Assembly (NCBI GenBank): GCA_051881275.1
Contig: JBJEPO010000130.1
Coordinates: 1 to 49,644, forward strand
Length of the DNA stretch: 49,644 nucleotides
Direction of reading: 5' to 3'
From: Eubacterium sp.
Lineage (GTDB): Bacteria > Bacillota > Clostridia > Oscillospirales > Acutalibacteraceae
In this document: in pieces, positions 1 to 10,036 of the stretch
Position numbering within the stretch: position 1 is the first letter of the stretch
Layout of the letters: each line of letters begins with the position of its first letter
Made by a program: the position numbers and the translations under genes
The notes under the pieces: generated by a model
What the model was told of the DNA's origin: nothing
Seen by the model: only the letters and a program-made list of their open reading frames with translations
The model's database searches: none

Positions 1-691
1 GTTTGTGGTCGGATGGCGGGGCGAGCCGGGAGTAAAGGATGAACCACAGCATGTATTTCAGGGCGAAATCACACAGAGCCTTTATATGCTTGACTCAAAC
101 TCATATCTTAATGACGGAATACTTGGCGGTGCAACCTGGGATTATGACTGCGTTCACGAAAATCAGGTGGAATGGTACGAAAAGAGCCTTGCCCAAATCA
201 CAGAGCAAAACGGCGGTGTTCAGCCAAAATCCCTTGCGTTCTTCCACATTGCGCCAAAGGAAATGCGTGACGCTTATGATGAGTACAAGGCGAATGATTA
301 TAAGGATACCGAGGATATAAAATATATTTACGGTAAAATGGGTGAAAAGGGTGTAGTTGTTTACAGCAGTGAGGAAAATTACGGACTGTTTGACAGCTTC
401 CTTAAAAACGGTTCAACCCAGGGTGTATTCTTCGGCCACGACCATCTTAACAGTATGTCGCTTCTCTATAAGGGAATCCGCCTTACATACGGATACTCCG
501 TTGACTACCTTGCGTACAGCGGTATTTCAAAGTACGGTGCTCAGCGTGGATGCACAATAATCAACACTTCTCCCGACGGACATTTTGACTGTTATCTTGA
601 AAACTATTACCAGGATAAATATCAGACCGTAAATCCCAAGGAGGATGTTACAATGGATGATTTTTATACCGCTGAGGAGATAGCCGAATAA
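1..691 (+). CDS. Calcineurin-like metallophosphoesterase (Dcr2-like), C-terminal part; first ~25 codons look like phosphonopyruvate decarboxylase (5'-partial, probable chimera)
   Basis: Motifs YMLDS, FFHIA, GHDHLN, LTYG, QRG match the Dcr2-type MPP C-terminal half. The N-terminal metal motifs are missing. The frame is open from the window edge. Confidence 0.7.
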   Translation, partial: FVVGWRGEPGVKDEPQHVFQGEITQSLYMLDSNSYLNDGILGGATWDYDCVHENQVEWYEKSLAQITEQNGGVQPKSLAFFHIAPKEMRDAYDEYKANDYKDTEDIKYIYGKMGEKGVVVYSSEENYGLFDSFLKNGSTQGVFFGHDHLNSMSLLYKGIRLTYGYSVDYLAYSGISKYGAQRGCTIINTSPDGHFDCYLENYYQDKYQTVNPKEDVTMDDFYTAEEIAE

Positions 692-697
692 TAATTG

Positions 698-725
698 TTG
701 ACAAAATTAAATAACGGTATATAAT
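698..725 (+). promoter_or_regulatory. Sigma-A promoter for the riboswitch-ribU transcript
   Basis: TTGACA (698-703), 16 bp spacer, TATAAT (720-725), just upstream of the riboswitch. Confidence 0.8.
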
Positions 726-738
726 GTAGTAGAACATA

Positions 739-860
739 GTATTTCAGGGCGAGGTGAAATTCCTCACCGGCAGTAAAGTCTGCGACCCGTTTAGTGTATC
801 TGAACGGCTGATACGGTGAAATTCCGTAACCGACGGTTAAAGTCCGGATGGGAGAAATAT
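739..860 (+). ncRNA. FMN riboswitch (RFN element)
   Basis: Conserved blocks TTCAGGGC-GAGGTGAAATTCCTCACCGGCAGTAAAG, GGTGAAATTCCG...CCGACGGT and AGTCCGGATGGGAGAA; lies upstream of an ECF S component. Confidence 0.95.
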
Positions 861-908
861 ATAATATCTTTATATTTGCGTGGCTTTCGCATATTATATG
901 GTATTACT

Positions 909-942
909 GCCCTGACATATAATGTCGGGGCTTTCTCTTTTT
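909..942 (+). terminator. Riboswitch attenuator (intrinsic terminator)
   Basis: GCCCTGACAT-ATA-ATGTCGGGGC hairpin plus T-rich tail, between the aptamer and the ribU RBS. Confidence 0.8.
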
Positions 943-974
943 CTGAAAAATTAATGGATAAGGAGAGAAAAACT

Positions 975-1595
975 ATGTCAAAAAGTAATTCAAAAAGCAA
1001 ATCATCATCTAACAAAACACGCTTAATCACAGGCACGGCAATGCTTACCGCAGTGGGAGTGGTTCTTCAGTATCTTGAAATTTCAATTCCCATTGTGCCA
1101 AGCTTTATTAAGCTTGATTTTTCCGACCTGCCGGAGCTTATCGGTGCCTTTGCCTACGGCCCTGTTGCCGGAATAGTTATCTGCCTTCTGCGTAATCTTA
1201 TACACATGGCGGTAAGCCAAAGCGGATTTGTGGGCGAGCTTTCAAACTTTATTTTAGGCGCAGTTTTCGCAGGCGTTGCGGGACTTATATACAAGCGTAA
1301 AAAAACAAAATCCAATGCGCTTATTGCCGGTACTGTGGGTGCGCTGACAATGGCGGCTGTAAGCTGGTTTTCAAATTATTTCTTAATTTATCCGCTTTAT
1401 TACAGTGTTTTGGGATTTCCCGAGGAGGCTGTTTTGGCAATGTATCAGGCGATTTTGCCAAAGGTAAAAAATATTGCACAGGCTCTCGTTGTTTTCAACG
1501 TGCCGTTTACATTGGTTAAGGGACTTATCAGTGTTGCTCTCAGTATGATAATATACAAACCCCTGTCGCCCTTGCTTCACGGCAGACAAAAATAA
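975..1595 (+). CDS. ribU: ECF transporter S component, riboflavin
   Basis: FIKLDFSDLPELIGAFAYGP and VGELSNF motifs, ~6 TM segments, FMN riboswitch upstream. Start moved to ATG 975 after the AGGAGA RBS. Confidence 0.9.
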   Translation: MSKSNSKSKSSSNKTRLITGTAMLTAVGVVLQYLEISIPIVPSFIKLDFSDLPELIGAFAYGPVAGIVICLLRNLIHMAVSQSGFVGELSNFILGAVFAGVAGLIYKRKKTKSNALIAGTVGALTMAAVSWFSNYFLIYPLYYSVLGFPEEAVLAMYQAILPKVKNIAQALVVFNVPFTLVKGLISVALSMIIYKPLSPLLHGRQK

Positions 1596-1604
1596 AAATA
1601 ATAC

Positions 1605-1632
1605 TTGACATTTTTAATTTATATTATATAAT
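1605..1632 (+). promoter_or_regulatory. Sigma-A promoter of the rimP-nusA-infB operon
   Basis: TTGACA (1605-1610), 16 bp spacer, TATAAT (1627-1632). Confidence 0.75.
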
Positions 1633-1659
1633 ATGTGTAAGTAAGATTAGTAAACCAAA

Positions 1660-1690
1660 GTGAGGTGGGCCAAACGGTCCGCTTCTTTTT
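1660..1690 (+). promoter_or_regulatory. rimP leader hairpin (probable NusA-dependent attenuator)
   Basis: GAGGTGGGCC-AAAC-GGTCCGCTTC followed by a T-tract, immediately before the rimP RBS; resembles the conserved rimP leader. Confidence 0.65.
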
Positions 1691-1710
1691 ATTGTTGCGG
1701 AGGTGTTTTA

Positions 1711-2199
1711 TTGGCAAAGAAGAACACGGTTGCAAGGGTTGAGGAAATTGTAAAGCCCTTTGCAGACGAGCTTGGTTTAAAAATATGGGACGTGCGCTTT
1801 GCAAAAGAGGGCAGTGAAAAATATCTCAGGATTTTTATTGATAAAGAGGACGGCGTGTCTATTGACGACTGCGTAAATCTTACCCACGCTATATCAAAGC
1901 CTCTTGACGAAGCCGACCCGATTCCCGAAAGCTATATGCTGGAGGTTAGCTCTCCCGGTATTGAAAGAGAGCTGACAAGGGACGAACATTTTGAAGACTG
2001 TATGGGCAGGGCGGTTATGCTCAGAACCATACGCCCCATAGATTCCGCCCGTGATTTCAGCGGAACCCTTACGGGATATGAAAACAAAATCATTACGGTT
2101 ACAATGGCTGACGGCAGTAACCTTCAAATTGATAAAAAAGACGTTGCTTATGTCAAGCTTGACGATTTTGACGACGCCTGGAACAAATCTGAAATGTAA
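1711..2199 (+). CDS. rimP: Ribosome maturation factor RimP
   Basis: LRIFIDK, LEVSSPGIEREL motifs; TTG start after GGAGGTG; precedes nusA. Confidence 0.95.
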   Translation: MAKKNTVARVEEIVKPFADELGLKIWDVRFAKEGSEKYLRIFIDKEDGVSIDDCVNLTHAISKPLDEADPIPESYMLEVSSPGIERELTRDEHFEDCMGRAVMLRTIRPIDSARDFSGTLTGYENKIITVTMADGSNLQIDKKDVAYVKLDDFDDAWNKSEM

Positions 2200-2219
2200 A
2201 ACGAAAGGATGATAGGAAA

Positions 2220-3269
2220 ATGAATAAGGAATTTTTTGAAGCAGTAAAAATGCTTGAGCAGGAAAAGGGATTGTCCGCAGATTTTCTGTATGACAAGATT
2301 GCAACTGCCATTATTACTGCGGCAAAGCACGATTTTAACGGCAAGGACATTGTTCACTGCGACATTGACCCGGAAAAGCAGAAAATGAAGGTTTATGTTA
2401 CAAAAAATGTTGTTGAGGAGATTGAGGACCCGGATACGGACCTTACTCTTGAGCAGGCGCAGGCAATCAGAAAGAGCGCCGCAGTGGGTAAAACAATCAA
2501 TATTCCTCTTAAAACAAAGGATTTCGGCAGAATAGTTGCCCAGACGGCAAAGCACGTTATCCGTCAGAGCATTAAAGAGGCTGAAAGAGGACGTCTGCTT
2601 GAAGAATTCCAGAGCAAAAATCAGGAGCTTCTGTCAGCGAAAATTACACAGATTGACCCTGTTACAGGCAATGCGACAGTTGAAATCGGCAAAAACGAGG
2701 CAATTCTTCCCAAAGCAGAGCAGGTTCCCGGTGAAAATCTCAGCGTAGGCAATATAACAAAAATATTTGTAGTTGACGTAAAGGAAAGCGGAAAGGGGCC
2801 GAAAATTATGATTTCAAGAACACATCCCGGACTTGTACGCAGACTGTTTGAGTCTGAAGTGCCTGAAATATTTGACGGTGTTATAGAAATTAAATCCGTA
2901 TCCCGTGAGGCAGGCTCCCGTACAAAAATCGCCGTTGAATCAAAGGATGAAAATGTTGATCCGGTAGGAGCTTGTATCGGTCCTAAGGGCCAGAGAGTAT
3001 CCGCTATTGTAGAGGCTTTGGGCGGAGAAAAAATTGACATTGCAAAATACAGCGAAAATCCCGAAGAATTTATTGCGGCGGCTCTTGCTCCGGCAGATGT
3101 ATGCTCCGTTGAAATTCTTGACGAGCAGGCAAAATCCTGCCGTGCTACCGTTCCCGACGACCAGCTTTCTCTCGCTATCGGCAATAAGGGACAAAATGTT
3201 CGTCTTGCCGCTAAGCTTACCGGCTGGAAAATTGATATTAAGCCGGAATCAGGATTTTACGAGGGATAA
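2220..3269 (+). CDS. nusA: Transcription termination/antitermination factor NusA
   Basis: FGRIVAQTAK, S1 and KH domains, REAGSRTKIAV, SLAIGNKGQNVRLA. Confidence 0.98.
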   Translation: MNKEFFEAVKMLEQEKGLSADFLYDKIATAIITAAKHDFNGKDIVHCDIDPEKQKMKVYVTKNVVEEIEDPDTDLTLEQAQAIRKSAAVGKTINIPLKTKDFGRIVAQTAKHVIRQSIKEAERGRLLEEFQSKNQELLSAKITQIDPVTGNATVEIGKNEAILPKAEQVPGENLSVGNITKIFVVDVKESGKGPKIMISRTHPGLVRRLFESEVPEIFDGVIEIKSVSREAGSRTKIAVESKDENVDPVGACIGPKGQRVSAIVEALGGEKIDIAKYSENPEEFIAAALAPADVCSVEILDEQAKSCRATVPDDQLSLAIGNKGQNVRLAAKLTGWKIDIKPESGFYEG

Positions 3270-3295
3270 TATATTATTGGAAATCAGGTGATTTA

Positions 3296-3568
3296 ATGAA
3301 GGCAAAAAAAGTACCGCTGAGAAAATGCACAGGCTGCGGAGAAATGTTTGACAAACGCACACTTGTACGTGTTGTAAAAAGTCCCGACGGCGAAATAAGC
3401 CTTGACCTTACAGGCAAAAAATCCGGCAGAGGCGCTTATGTTTGCAAAAATATTGACTGCCTGAAAAAAGCAAGAAAAAAACGTGCTCTTGAGCGTGCCT
3501 TCGGCGTGCAGATAGAGGACAGTGTTTATGACAGAATGGAAGAAGAAATAAACGATGAGCAACAGTAA
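3296..3568 (+). CDS. ylxR: YlxR/RnpM family RNA-binding protein
   Basis: PLRKCTGC, GRGAYVC motifs; canonical position after nusA. Confidence 0.95.
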   Translation: MKAKKVPLRKCTGCGEMFDKRTLVRVVKSPDGEISLDLTGKKSGRGAYVCKNIDCLKKARKKRALERAFGVQIEDSVYDRMEEEINDEQQ

Positions 3569-3890
3569 ATATATGTCTATGCTTGGTATGGCACGCCGTG
3601 CCGGAAAGCTGTCAATGGGGCACGATACGGCGATGAAATCCATACGCTCGGGCAAGGCAAGGCTTCTTCTTTTTGCCGGTGACATTTCACCACGGCTCAT
3701 AAATGAATTTGACAAGGCTTCGCAGAAATACTGCCCCGGCATAATCTGTATTAAGCTTAATGAAACCGTGGATATGATTCACTGTGCGCTGGGCTACAAG
3801 GCCGGCGTCATAACCGTTAACGATAATAATTTTTCAAATCGCATTATACAATTAATTCAGGAGGAAAACGTGTATGGTAATAAAATTTAA
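3555..3890 (+). CDS. ylxQ: L7Ae/YlxQ family RNA-binding protein
   Basis: LGMARRAGKL motif; lies between ylxR and infB. Confidence 0.88.
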   Translation: MSNSKYMSMLGMARRAGKLSMGHDTAMKSIRSGKARLLLFAGDISPRLINEFDKASQKYCPGIICIKLNETVDMIHCALGYKAGVITVNDNNFSNRIIQLIQEENVYGNKI

Positions 3891-6270
3891 GGTATCCGAC
3901 GTTGCCAAAAACCTCGGACTGCCCAATAAAGCAATAATTGAACTGCTTTCTCAATACTGCGACGGTCCTGCAAAAAAAGCAAATACTGTGCTTGAGGAGA
4001 ACGAGCTTAACATTCTCTTTGACGCACTTACACAAAAGCACAGCGTTGATGATTTAAGCAAGCATCTTGTTAAGCCAAAGAAGCCTAAAAAAGCCGAGTC
4101 AAAGCCTGAAAAGGCACAGGCAAAGTCCTCGGAGAAGGACGGTAAGGCAGACGAGGCGGCAGAGGCTAAGAATAAAAAACGTCAGAGCCAGGCGGCTATT
4201 CTTCAAATGGCGGAGCAGGCGGCAAAAAGAGCCGAGGAAAAGGCAAAGAAAAAAGCCACCCAGCAGCCTCAGGCAAGAACTAAGGGCGAGGCACGTCACG
4301 TTGACACAAGAGTTAACAATGTTAACCTTGAAAAATACAATCAAAAGTATGAGGATATCGCACCGGCAAGAAATATGGGCGATTATCAGAAAAAGCAGAA
4401 GCTTAACCAGAAATCAAAGCAATACAGAAAGAAAAAGCCACAGGGTATGCACGCACGCTCAAAGAAAGAGACAGAGGCACAGCGTCTTGCCCGTATTGCA
4501 GAGCAGAGAAAGAAACAACAAATCACAATTACCGTTCCCGATGAAATCAGCGTGGGCGAGCTTGCTTCCCGTCTGCGTATGACCGCAACAGAGGTTATCA
4601 AGGAGCTTATGAAATTAGGCATGATGGTTACGGTTAATGAGATTATTGACTTTGACACCGCCGAAATCGTTGCTACCGAATTGGGCGCAAAGGTTGAAAA
4701 AGAGGTTGTTGTTTCCATTGAGGAGCAGATTATTGAGGAAGACGACGAGGACGATGAAAACGCAATTCCACGCTGTCCTGTTGTATGCGTAATGGGACAC
4801 GTTGACCACGGTAAGACATCAATCCTTGACGCCATCAGAAATACCGATGTAACCTCCACCGAGGCAGGCGGTATTACTCAGGCAATCGGTGCATATCAGG
4901 TTGAAGCACCCGACGGATCAAAAATTACCTTCCTTGACACACCGGGCCACGCCGCATTTACCGCAATGCGTGCAAGAGGTGCAATGGCAACGGATATTGC
5001 CGTGCTTGTTGTTGCCGCAGACGACGGTATTATGCCCCAGACTATTGAGGCAATCAACCACGCAAAGGCGGCAGGTGTTGAGATTATTGTTGCTATCAAC
5101 AAAATGGATAAAGAGGGTGCAAACCCCGACAGAGTAATGCAGCAGTTAACAGAGCACGGTCTTGTTCCTGAGGAATGGGGCGGCGACATAATCTGCGTGC
5201 CTGTTTCCGCAAAGACAAAAATGGGCATTGACAAGCTACTTGAAACAATTAATCTTGTTGCCGAAATGTGTGAGCTTAAAGCCAATCCCGACAGGTCGGC
5301 AAAGGGTGTTGTTATTGAGGCAAAGCTTGATAAGGGACGCGGTCCTATCGCTACTCTGCTTGTACAAAACGGTACTCTTAAGTCCGGCGACGTTATTGTT
5401 GCAGGTACAGCAGTGGGCAAGGTAAGAGCAATGACCGACCACCGAGGAAGAAAAATTAACACCGCAGGACCTTCTGTTCCTGTTGAAATTATGGGACTTG
5501 ACTCTGCGCCTATGAGCGGTGATTTGTTCAACGCCGTATCCGACGAGCATCTTGCACGTCAGCTTGTTGAACAGCGTAAGACCGAGGCAAAGGAGGAAGA
5601 ATTCAAGGCATACCAGAAGGTTACTCTTGACACCTTGTTTGACACACTTCAGGAGGGTGAGCTTAAAGACCTTAATATTATCGTTAAGGCTGATGTTCAA
5701 GGCTCTGTTGAGGCTGTTAAGCAGTCACTTCTCAAAATTGAAAATGATGAAGTGCGTGTAAAGATTATTCACGGCGCAGTAGGTGCTGTAAGCGAGTCCG
5801 ACGTAATGCTGGCAAGTGCGTCAAACGCTATTATTGTAGGCTTTAACACAGCAGTTGAGCCTGCCGCACAGGACAATGCAGACCGTGACGGAATTGAAAT
5901 TAAAACTTACGACATTATTTATGACGCTATTGAAGATATTGAAAACGCTATGAGAGGTATGAGAGCGCCTAAGTACCGTGATGTTGACACAGGTACCGTT
6001 GAGGTGCGTGAGGTTTATAAAATTTCCTCCGCCGGCACTATTGCAGGCTCTCTTGTTACTTCGGGTACAATCCGCAGGGACGGCAAGGTTCGTGTTATAA
6101 GAAACGGCAAGAAAATTGCCGATGTTGAGCTGGCTAACCTCAAGAGATTTAAGGACGAGGTTAAGGATGTTTCATCAGGCTATGAATGCGGTATTTCCCT
6201 TAAGGATTGGGACGACATACGCCAGGGCGATATCTTGGAAGCATACTATGTAGAGGAATACAGAGACTAA
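3874..6270 (+). CDS. infB: Translation initiation factor IF-2
   Basis: [17 protein letters not shown] GTPase motifs; KADVQGS. Confidence 0.99.
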   Translation: MVIKFKVSDVAKNLGLPNKAIIELLSQYCDGPAKKANTVLEENELNILFDALTQKHSVDDLSKHLVKPKKPKKAESKPEKAQAKSSEKDGKADEAAEAKNKKRQSQAAILQMAEQAAKRAEEKAKKKATQQPQARTKGEARHVDTRVNNVNLEKYNQKYEDIAPARNMGDYQKKQKLNQKSKQYRKKKPQGMHARSKKETEAQRLARIAEQRKKQQITITVPDEISVGELASRLRMTATEVIKELMKLGMMVTVNEIIDFDTAEIVATELGAKVEKEVVVSIEEQIIEEDDEDDENAIPRCPVVCVMGHVDHGKTSILDAIRNTDVTSTEAGGITQAIGAYQVEAPDGSKITFLDTPGHAAFTAMRARGAMATDIAVLVVAADDGIMPQTIEAINHAKAAGVEIIVAINKMDKEGANPDRVMQQLTEHGLVPEEWGGDIICVPVSAKTKMGIDKLLETINLVAEMCELKANPDRSAKGVVIEAKLDKGRGPIATLLVQNGTLKSGDVIVAGTAVGKVRAMTDHRGRKINTAGPSVPVEIMGLDSAPMSGDLFNAVSDEHLARQLVEQRKTEAKEEEFKAYQKVTLDTLFDTLQEGELKDLNIIVKADVQGSVEAVKQSLLKIENDEVRVKIIHGAVGAVSESDVMLASASNAIIVGFNTAVEPAAQDNADRDGIEIKTYDIIYDAIEDIENAMRGMRAPKYRDVDTGTVEVREVYKISSAGTIAGSLVTSGTIRRDGKVRVIRNGKKIADVELANLKRFKDEVKDVSSGYECGISLKDWDDIRQGDILEAYYVEEYRD

Positions 6271-6638
6271 TGGCAGGTTATCGTATAGACAGAATATCGG
6301 AAGATATTAAGAGAGAAATTATTGCAATTATCCGTGACCTTAAGGACCCACGGATAAAAGGCATGCTCACCGTAGTAAAGGTAGATGTCAGCAATGATTT
6401 AAGCTATGCAAAGGTATATGTAAGCGCAGTTGAGGGAATAGAGGTTGCCAAGGAATCCGTTAAGGGCTTAAAGGCGGCAAGCGGTTATATCCGCCGTTGT
6501 CTGGGCGCATCCTCCGTTTTGCATCTGCGCAAAATACCCGAGCTTAAATTTATTGCAGATGATTCTATTGAAAAGGGAATGGAGCTTTTTGATAAGCTTA
6601 GAGATGTAGAGGACACAATAAAAAATAATGAAGATTAA
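6270..6638 (+). CDS. rbfA: Ribosome-binding factor A
   Basis: KDPRI, DLSYAKVY, LRKIPEL.F..DDSIE. ATG 6270 overlaps the infB stop (TAATG). Confidence 0.95.
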   Translation: MAGYRIDRISEDIKREIIAIIRDLKDPRIKGMLTVVKVDVSNDLSYAKVYVSAVEGIEVAKESVKGLKAASGYIRRCLGASSVLHLRKIPELKFIADDSIEKGMELFDKLRDVEDTIKNNED

Positions 6639-7575
6639 TGTTGAAGAATGTGCCCGTATATTAAAGGAACAGGATGATATACTCATTCTCACCCACGCTC
6701 ACCCGGACGGCGACACGCTGGGATGCGGCTTTGCTCTTTGCCGTGCGCTTTTGAAAATGGGCAAAAGAGTAAGGGTGGAATGCGGTGACCCTATTCCGAA
6801 AAAATACGGCTACCTGTATGATGATATTGATACCGAGGATTTTGAGGAAAAATTTATTGTTGCAACGGACGTTGCCACCCTTAATCTTTTAGGTGATTTA
6901 AGCGATAAATACGGCTCAAGAATAAATCTGTGTATAGACCATCACGGCACTAACACCGAATATGCCGATAATTTACTGCTTGATGATACTGCGGCGGCTG
7001 CCTGCGAAATAATACTTAAGGTTATTAAGGCCTTGGGTGTTGAAATTGACGCAAAAACGGCGAACTGCCTTTACACAGGTATTTCCACCGATACAGGCTG
7101 TTTCAGATATTCAAGCACCACCGGCGACACATATCGTGCGGCGGCTGAGCTTATTGATTTAGGCACAGATAACGGCAGAATTAACCGTATTATGTTTGAA
7201 ACAAAAACAAAAACCTACGCCGCACTGGAGCGTATGGCTATTGAGGGTATGCAGTTTTTCTGCAACGACAGAATTTGCGTAATAACCATTACTCAGGATA
7301 TGTACGAGCGAACAGGCTCCAACGAGCAGGAAACCGAGGCTATTGCACCTCTTACAAGGCAAACCGAGGGTGTTGAAATCGGTCTTACAATCCGTGAAAA
7401 GACCGACGGAAGCTGTAAAGCCTCAATCCGCACCTTTGAAAGTGTTAATGCGGCAGAGCTTGCAAAGAATTTCGGCGGTGGAGGACATCTTCAGGCGGCG
7501 GCGTGCCGTTTTGACTGCTCCGTTGAGGAGGCAAAAAAGCTGCTTGTTGAAAAAGGCAGGGAACTGCTGAAATGA
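6628..7575 (+). CDS. nrnA: DHH/DHHA1 bifunctional oligoribonuclease/pAp phosphatase
   Basis: HAHPDGD, IDHH, TDTG, GGGGH motifs. Confidence 0.92.
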   Translation: MKINVEECARILKEQDDILILTHAHPDGDTLGCGFALCRALLKMGKRVRVECGDPIPKKYGYLYDDIDTEDFEEKFIVATDVATLNLLGDLSDKYGSRINLCIDHHGTNTEYADNLLLDDTAAAACEIILKVIKALGVEIDAKTANCLYTGISTDTGCFRYSSTTGDTYRAAAELIDLGTDNGRINRIMFETKTKTYAALERMAIEGMQFFCNDRICVITITQDMYERTGSNEQETEAIAPLTRQTEGVEIGLTIREKTDGSCKASIRTFESVNAAELAKNFGGGGHLQAAACRFDCSVEEAKKLLVEKGRELLK

Positions 7576-8465
7576 CGGGAATTATCTGTATTAATAAAGA
7601 CAAGGACATTACCTCGTTTAAGGCAGTTGCCAAGGTGCGTGGTATAACCGGCGAAAAAAAGGTGGGCCACACAGGCACCCTTGACCCTATGGCAACAGGC
7701 GTTTTGCCTGTAATGCTGGGCGGTGCCACAAAATTCCTTGACTATTTGCCCGACAGCGACAAGGGTTACAGGGCGGTATTTAAGTTAGGAATAACCACCG
7801 ACACCCTGGATATAACAGGAAATGTAATCTGTGAAAAGCCCGTAACTGTCGGCGCAAAGGATGTTGAGGCGGTTTTGGAGAAATTCCGGGGTGAAATTAT
7901 GCAGATTCCCCCAATGTACAGTGCAAAATCCGTTAACGGCAAAAGGCTTTATGAGCTTGCCCGTCAGGGTCAGGTTATTGAAAGAGAGCCGTACGCCGTT
8001 AATATAAAAAGCCTTACCCTTGCCGATTACAGTGATAACAGTTATACAATTGACGTTTTATGCTCCAAGGGGACTTATATCAGAAGCTTGATTGACGATA
8101 TAGGCAAAGAATTGGGGTGCGGTGCGGTTATGACCGAGCTTGTACGCACCAGGGCAATGGGGTTTACTCTTGAGGACTGTGTTACAACAGACGAGCTTCA
8201 AAGGCTTCATGATGACGGCGCAGGCTTTGGCTCGGCAGTTATACCCCTTGAGGAAATTTACAAAGCATATCCCTGTGCCGTAGTAACACCGGCGCAGGCA
8301 AAAAGGTTTTCCAACGGCGGAGACCTTGATATAAAGAGAATTAAAAATCCCCCCGAAAAAGACTCGGTGTGCAAGGTGTATTCCGCCGAAAAGATATTTT
8401 TGGGACTGGGAAAAAGCGACGGACAGGAACTGAAGGTGCTCCGTCTGCTGACAAGAAGAGATTAG
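7572..8465 (+). CDS. truB: tRNA pseudouridine(55) synthase
   Basis: GHTGTLDPMATGVL, PPMYSA, CSKGTYIRSL. Confidence 0.98.
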   Translation: MTGIICINKDKDITSFKAVAKVRGITGEKKVGHTGTLDPMATGVLPVMLGGATKFLDYLPDSDKGYRAVFKLGITTDTLDITGNVICEKPVTVGAKDVEAVLEKFRGEIMQIPPMYSAKSVNGKRLYELARQGQVIEREPYAVNIKSLTLADYSDNSYTIDVLCSKGTYIRSLIDDIGKELGCGAVMTELVRTRAMGFTLEDCVTTDELQRLHDDGAGFGSAVIPLEEIYKAYPCAVVTPAQAKRFSNGGDLDIKRIKNPPEKDSVCKVYSAEKIFLGLGKSDGQELKVLRLLTRRD

Positions 8466-9281
8466 ATGGAAACGACAGAATACAAAAAGCGAACAGCAAT
8501 AGCGCTTGGTGATTTTGACGGTATGCACCGTGCTCATCAAACGGTAGTTACCGGCGGAGAAAACGCCGTAATTTACTGTGTAAACAACCGCTTTTCACTG
8601 CTTCAGAGAAGTATTTTTGAAAGGCGTTATCCCAATGCGGTTTTTGCGGATTTTAATGAGCTGAAAAATATGTCAGCCACGGATTTTATAGATAAAATCC
8701 TTATAGAAAAATACCGTGCAGGTATGATTTTATGCGGATTTAATTTTCGCTTCGGCAAAAACGCAATGTGGACGGCAATGGATTTAAGGGAATATCTTGA
8801 GGAAAAGGATGTTTGGGTAAGAATCCTTGAGCATCTTGACTACAAGGATAAGCCTATAAGCTCCACAAGAATAAGAAGCTGTATTCTTGAGGGCAATATT
8901 ACCGACGCAAACAAAATGCTGGGCTACAATTTTACCTTTGAAGGACCTGTTATAGCCGGTGACAAAAGAGGACGGACGATTAATTTTCCCACAATTAACC
9001 AGCATTTGCCCGAGGGCTTGGTTGTTCCTAAATTCGGCGTTTACGAAAGCCGTACCTTTGTTGACGGCAGGGAATACAAATCCTTTACCAATTTTGGCAT
9101 AAGACCCTCCTGGCGAGTGGAGGTGCCTTTGGCGGAAACCCATATTTTTGATTTTGACGGCGACCTTTACGGCGAAATCATTAGGGTTGAGCTTGTTAAA
9201 TATTTGAGAGAGGAAAAGAAATTTTCATCACCAAAGGAATTGAAAGAGCAGTTAACCTATGACAAAAGCAGTATTATTTGA
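8466..9281 (+). CDS. ribF: Riboflavin kinase/FAD synthetase with shortened N-terminal domain
   Basis: GDFDGMHRAH, GFNFRFG, ISSTRIR, GRTINFPTIN, ETHIFDF, LREEKKF; follows truB. Confidence 0.88.
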   Translation: METTEYKKRTAIALGDFDGMHRAHQTVVTGGENAVIYCVNNRFSLLQRSIFERRYPNAVFADFNELKNMSATDFIDKILIEKYRAGMILCGFNFRFGKNAMWTAMDLREYLEEKDVWVRILEHLDYKDKPISSTRIRSCILEGNITDANKMLGYNFTFEGPVIAGDKRGRTINFPTINQHLPEGLVVPKFGVYESRTFVDGREYKSFTNFGIRPSWRVEVPLAETHIFDFDGDLYGEIIRVELVKYLREEKKFSSPKELKEQLTYDKSSII

Positions 9282-9921
9282 CTTTGACGAAACCCTCCAG
9301 GACAGAACCGAGGCGTTTGAGAGCTATATGGACGCATTTTTGCAGACATACCGCCCGGATTTAAGTCAGACGGAAATTGAAAAATGCAAAGAGGATATGC
9401 GCTCCACAGGCAACGGCGGTTATGTTGACCGAGTTAAGTGGTATCAGCGTCTAATTGATATGTGGAGCTGGCAGGACGCACCGGACGCACAGGAGCTTGC
9501 CAAGCATTACGATTACACCTTCGGCGACCACTGTGTTATTTTTCCCCATACCGTACCGTTGTTAAAAAAACTGCGGGAAATGGGATTGATTACGGGAATT
9601 ATCAGCAACGGTCCCTCATATCTTCAAAATCATAAAATGGATATGAGCGGTCTGCGTGATTACTGCGACATCGTGGTAATCAGCGGTGATGTAGGCGTAC
9701 ATAAGCCGGACCCTCAGCTTTTTGTTTACACGGCAAATAAGCTGAATTTGGAAACTCGGGACTGCGTTTATGTGGGCGACCATCCCGTAAACGACATTAA
9801 AGGCGCCCTTGATTCCGGCATGAAGGCCATTAGAATGAACTGGGGTTGGTTTAAAAATCAGGACCTGCGCCCCGACGTGCCGGTAATTGATGATATTATA
9901 GATGTATTAAAATATATATAA
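9259..9921 (+). CDS. HAD-superfamily hydrolase (YjjG/PynA-like)
   Basis: FDFDETL (DxD), ISNG, KPDP, VGDH..ND motifs. Confidence 0.88.
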   Translation: MTKAVLFDFDETLQDRTEAFESYMDAFLQTYRPDLSQTEIEKCKEDMRSTGNGGYVDRVKWYQRLIDMWSWQDAPDAQELAKHYDYTFGDHCVIFPHTVPLLKKLREMGLITGIISNGPSYLQNHKMDMSGLRDYCDIVVISGDVGVHKPDPQLFVYTANKLNLETRDCVYVGDHPVNDIKGALDSGMKAIRMNWGWFKNQDLRPDVPVIDDIIDVLKYI

Positions 9922-9936
9922 TTTCTTAGAACATAC

Positions 9937-9966
9937 AAGTCCTTTACCATGTGTAAAGGGCTTTTT
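9937..9966 (+). terminator. Intrinsic terminator
   Basis: AAGTCCTTTAC-CATGT-GTAAAGGGCTT plus T-tract after the HAD gene. Confidence 0.75.
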
Positions 9967-10036
9967 ACTTTGATAGGATTGACTTGCTCCGGATAAAATG
10001 CTATTTTTATTAAAAACAATTCAAATGGGTGATAAT

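Noticed and set aside
816-974. 53-aa N-terminal extension of ribU in the ORF track
   Set aside because: It runs through the FMN aptamer and attenuator; the RBS and ATG at 961-977 mark the true start
1660-1710. Upstream GTG start for rimP (also the extended starts for rbfA 6207, LRR 9998, fruA 13246 and adhE 17400)
   Set aside because: The extensions overlap leader hairpins, operators or upstream genes; downstream starts have better RBS support or coupling
2621-5700. Long antisense and alternate-frame ORFs over nusA and infB (e.g. 2621-3184, 4067-4582, 4896-5531)
   Set aside because: Shadow frames of conserved genes with biased codon use; no motifs or RBS
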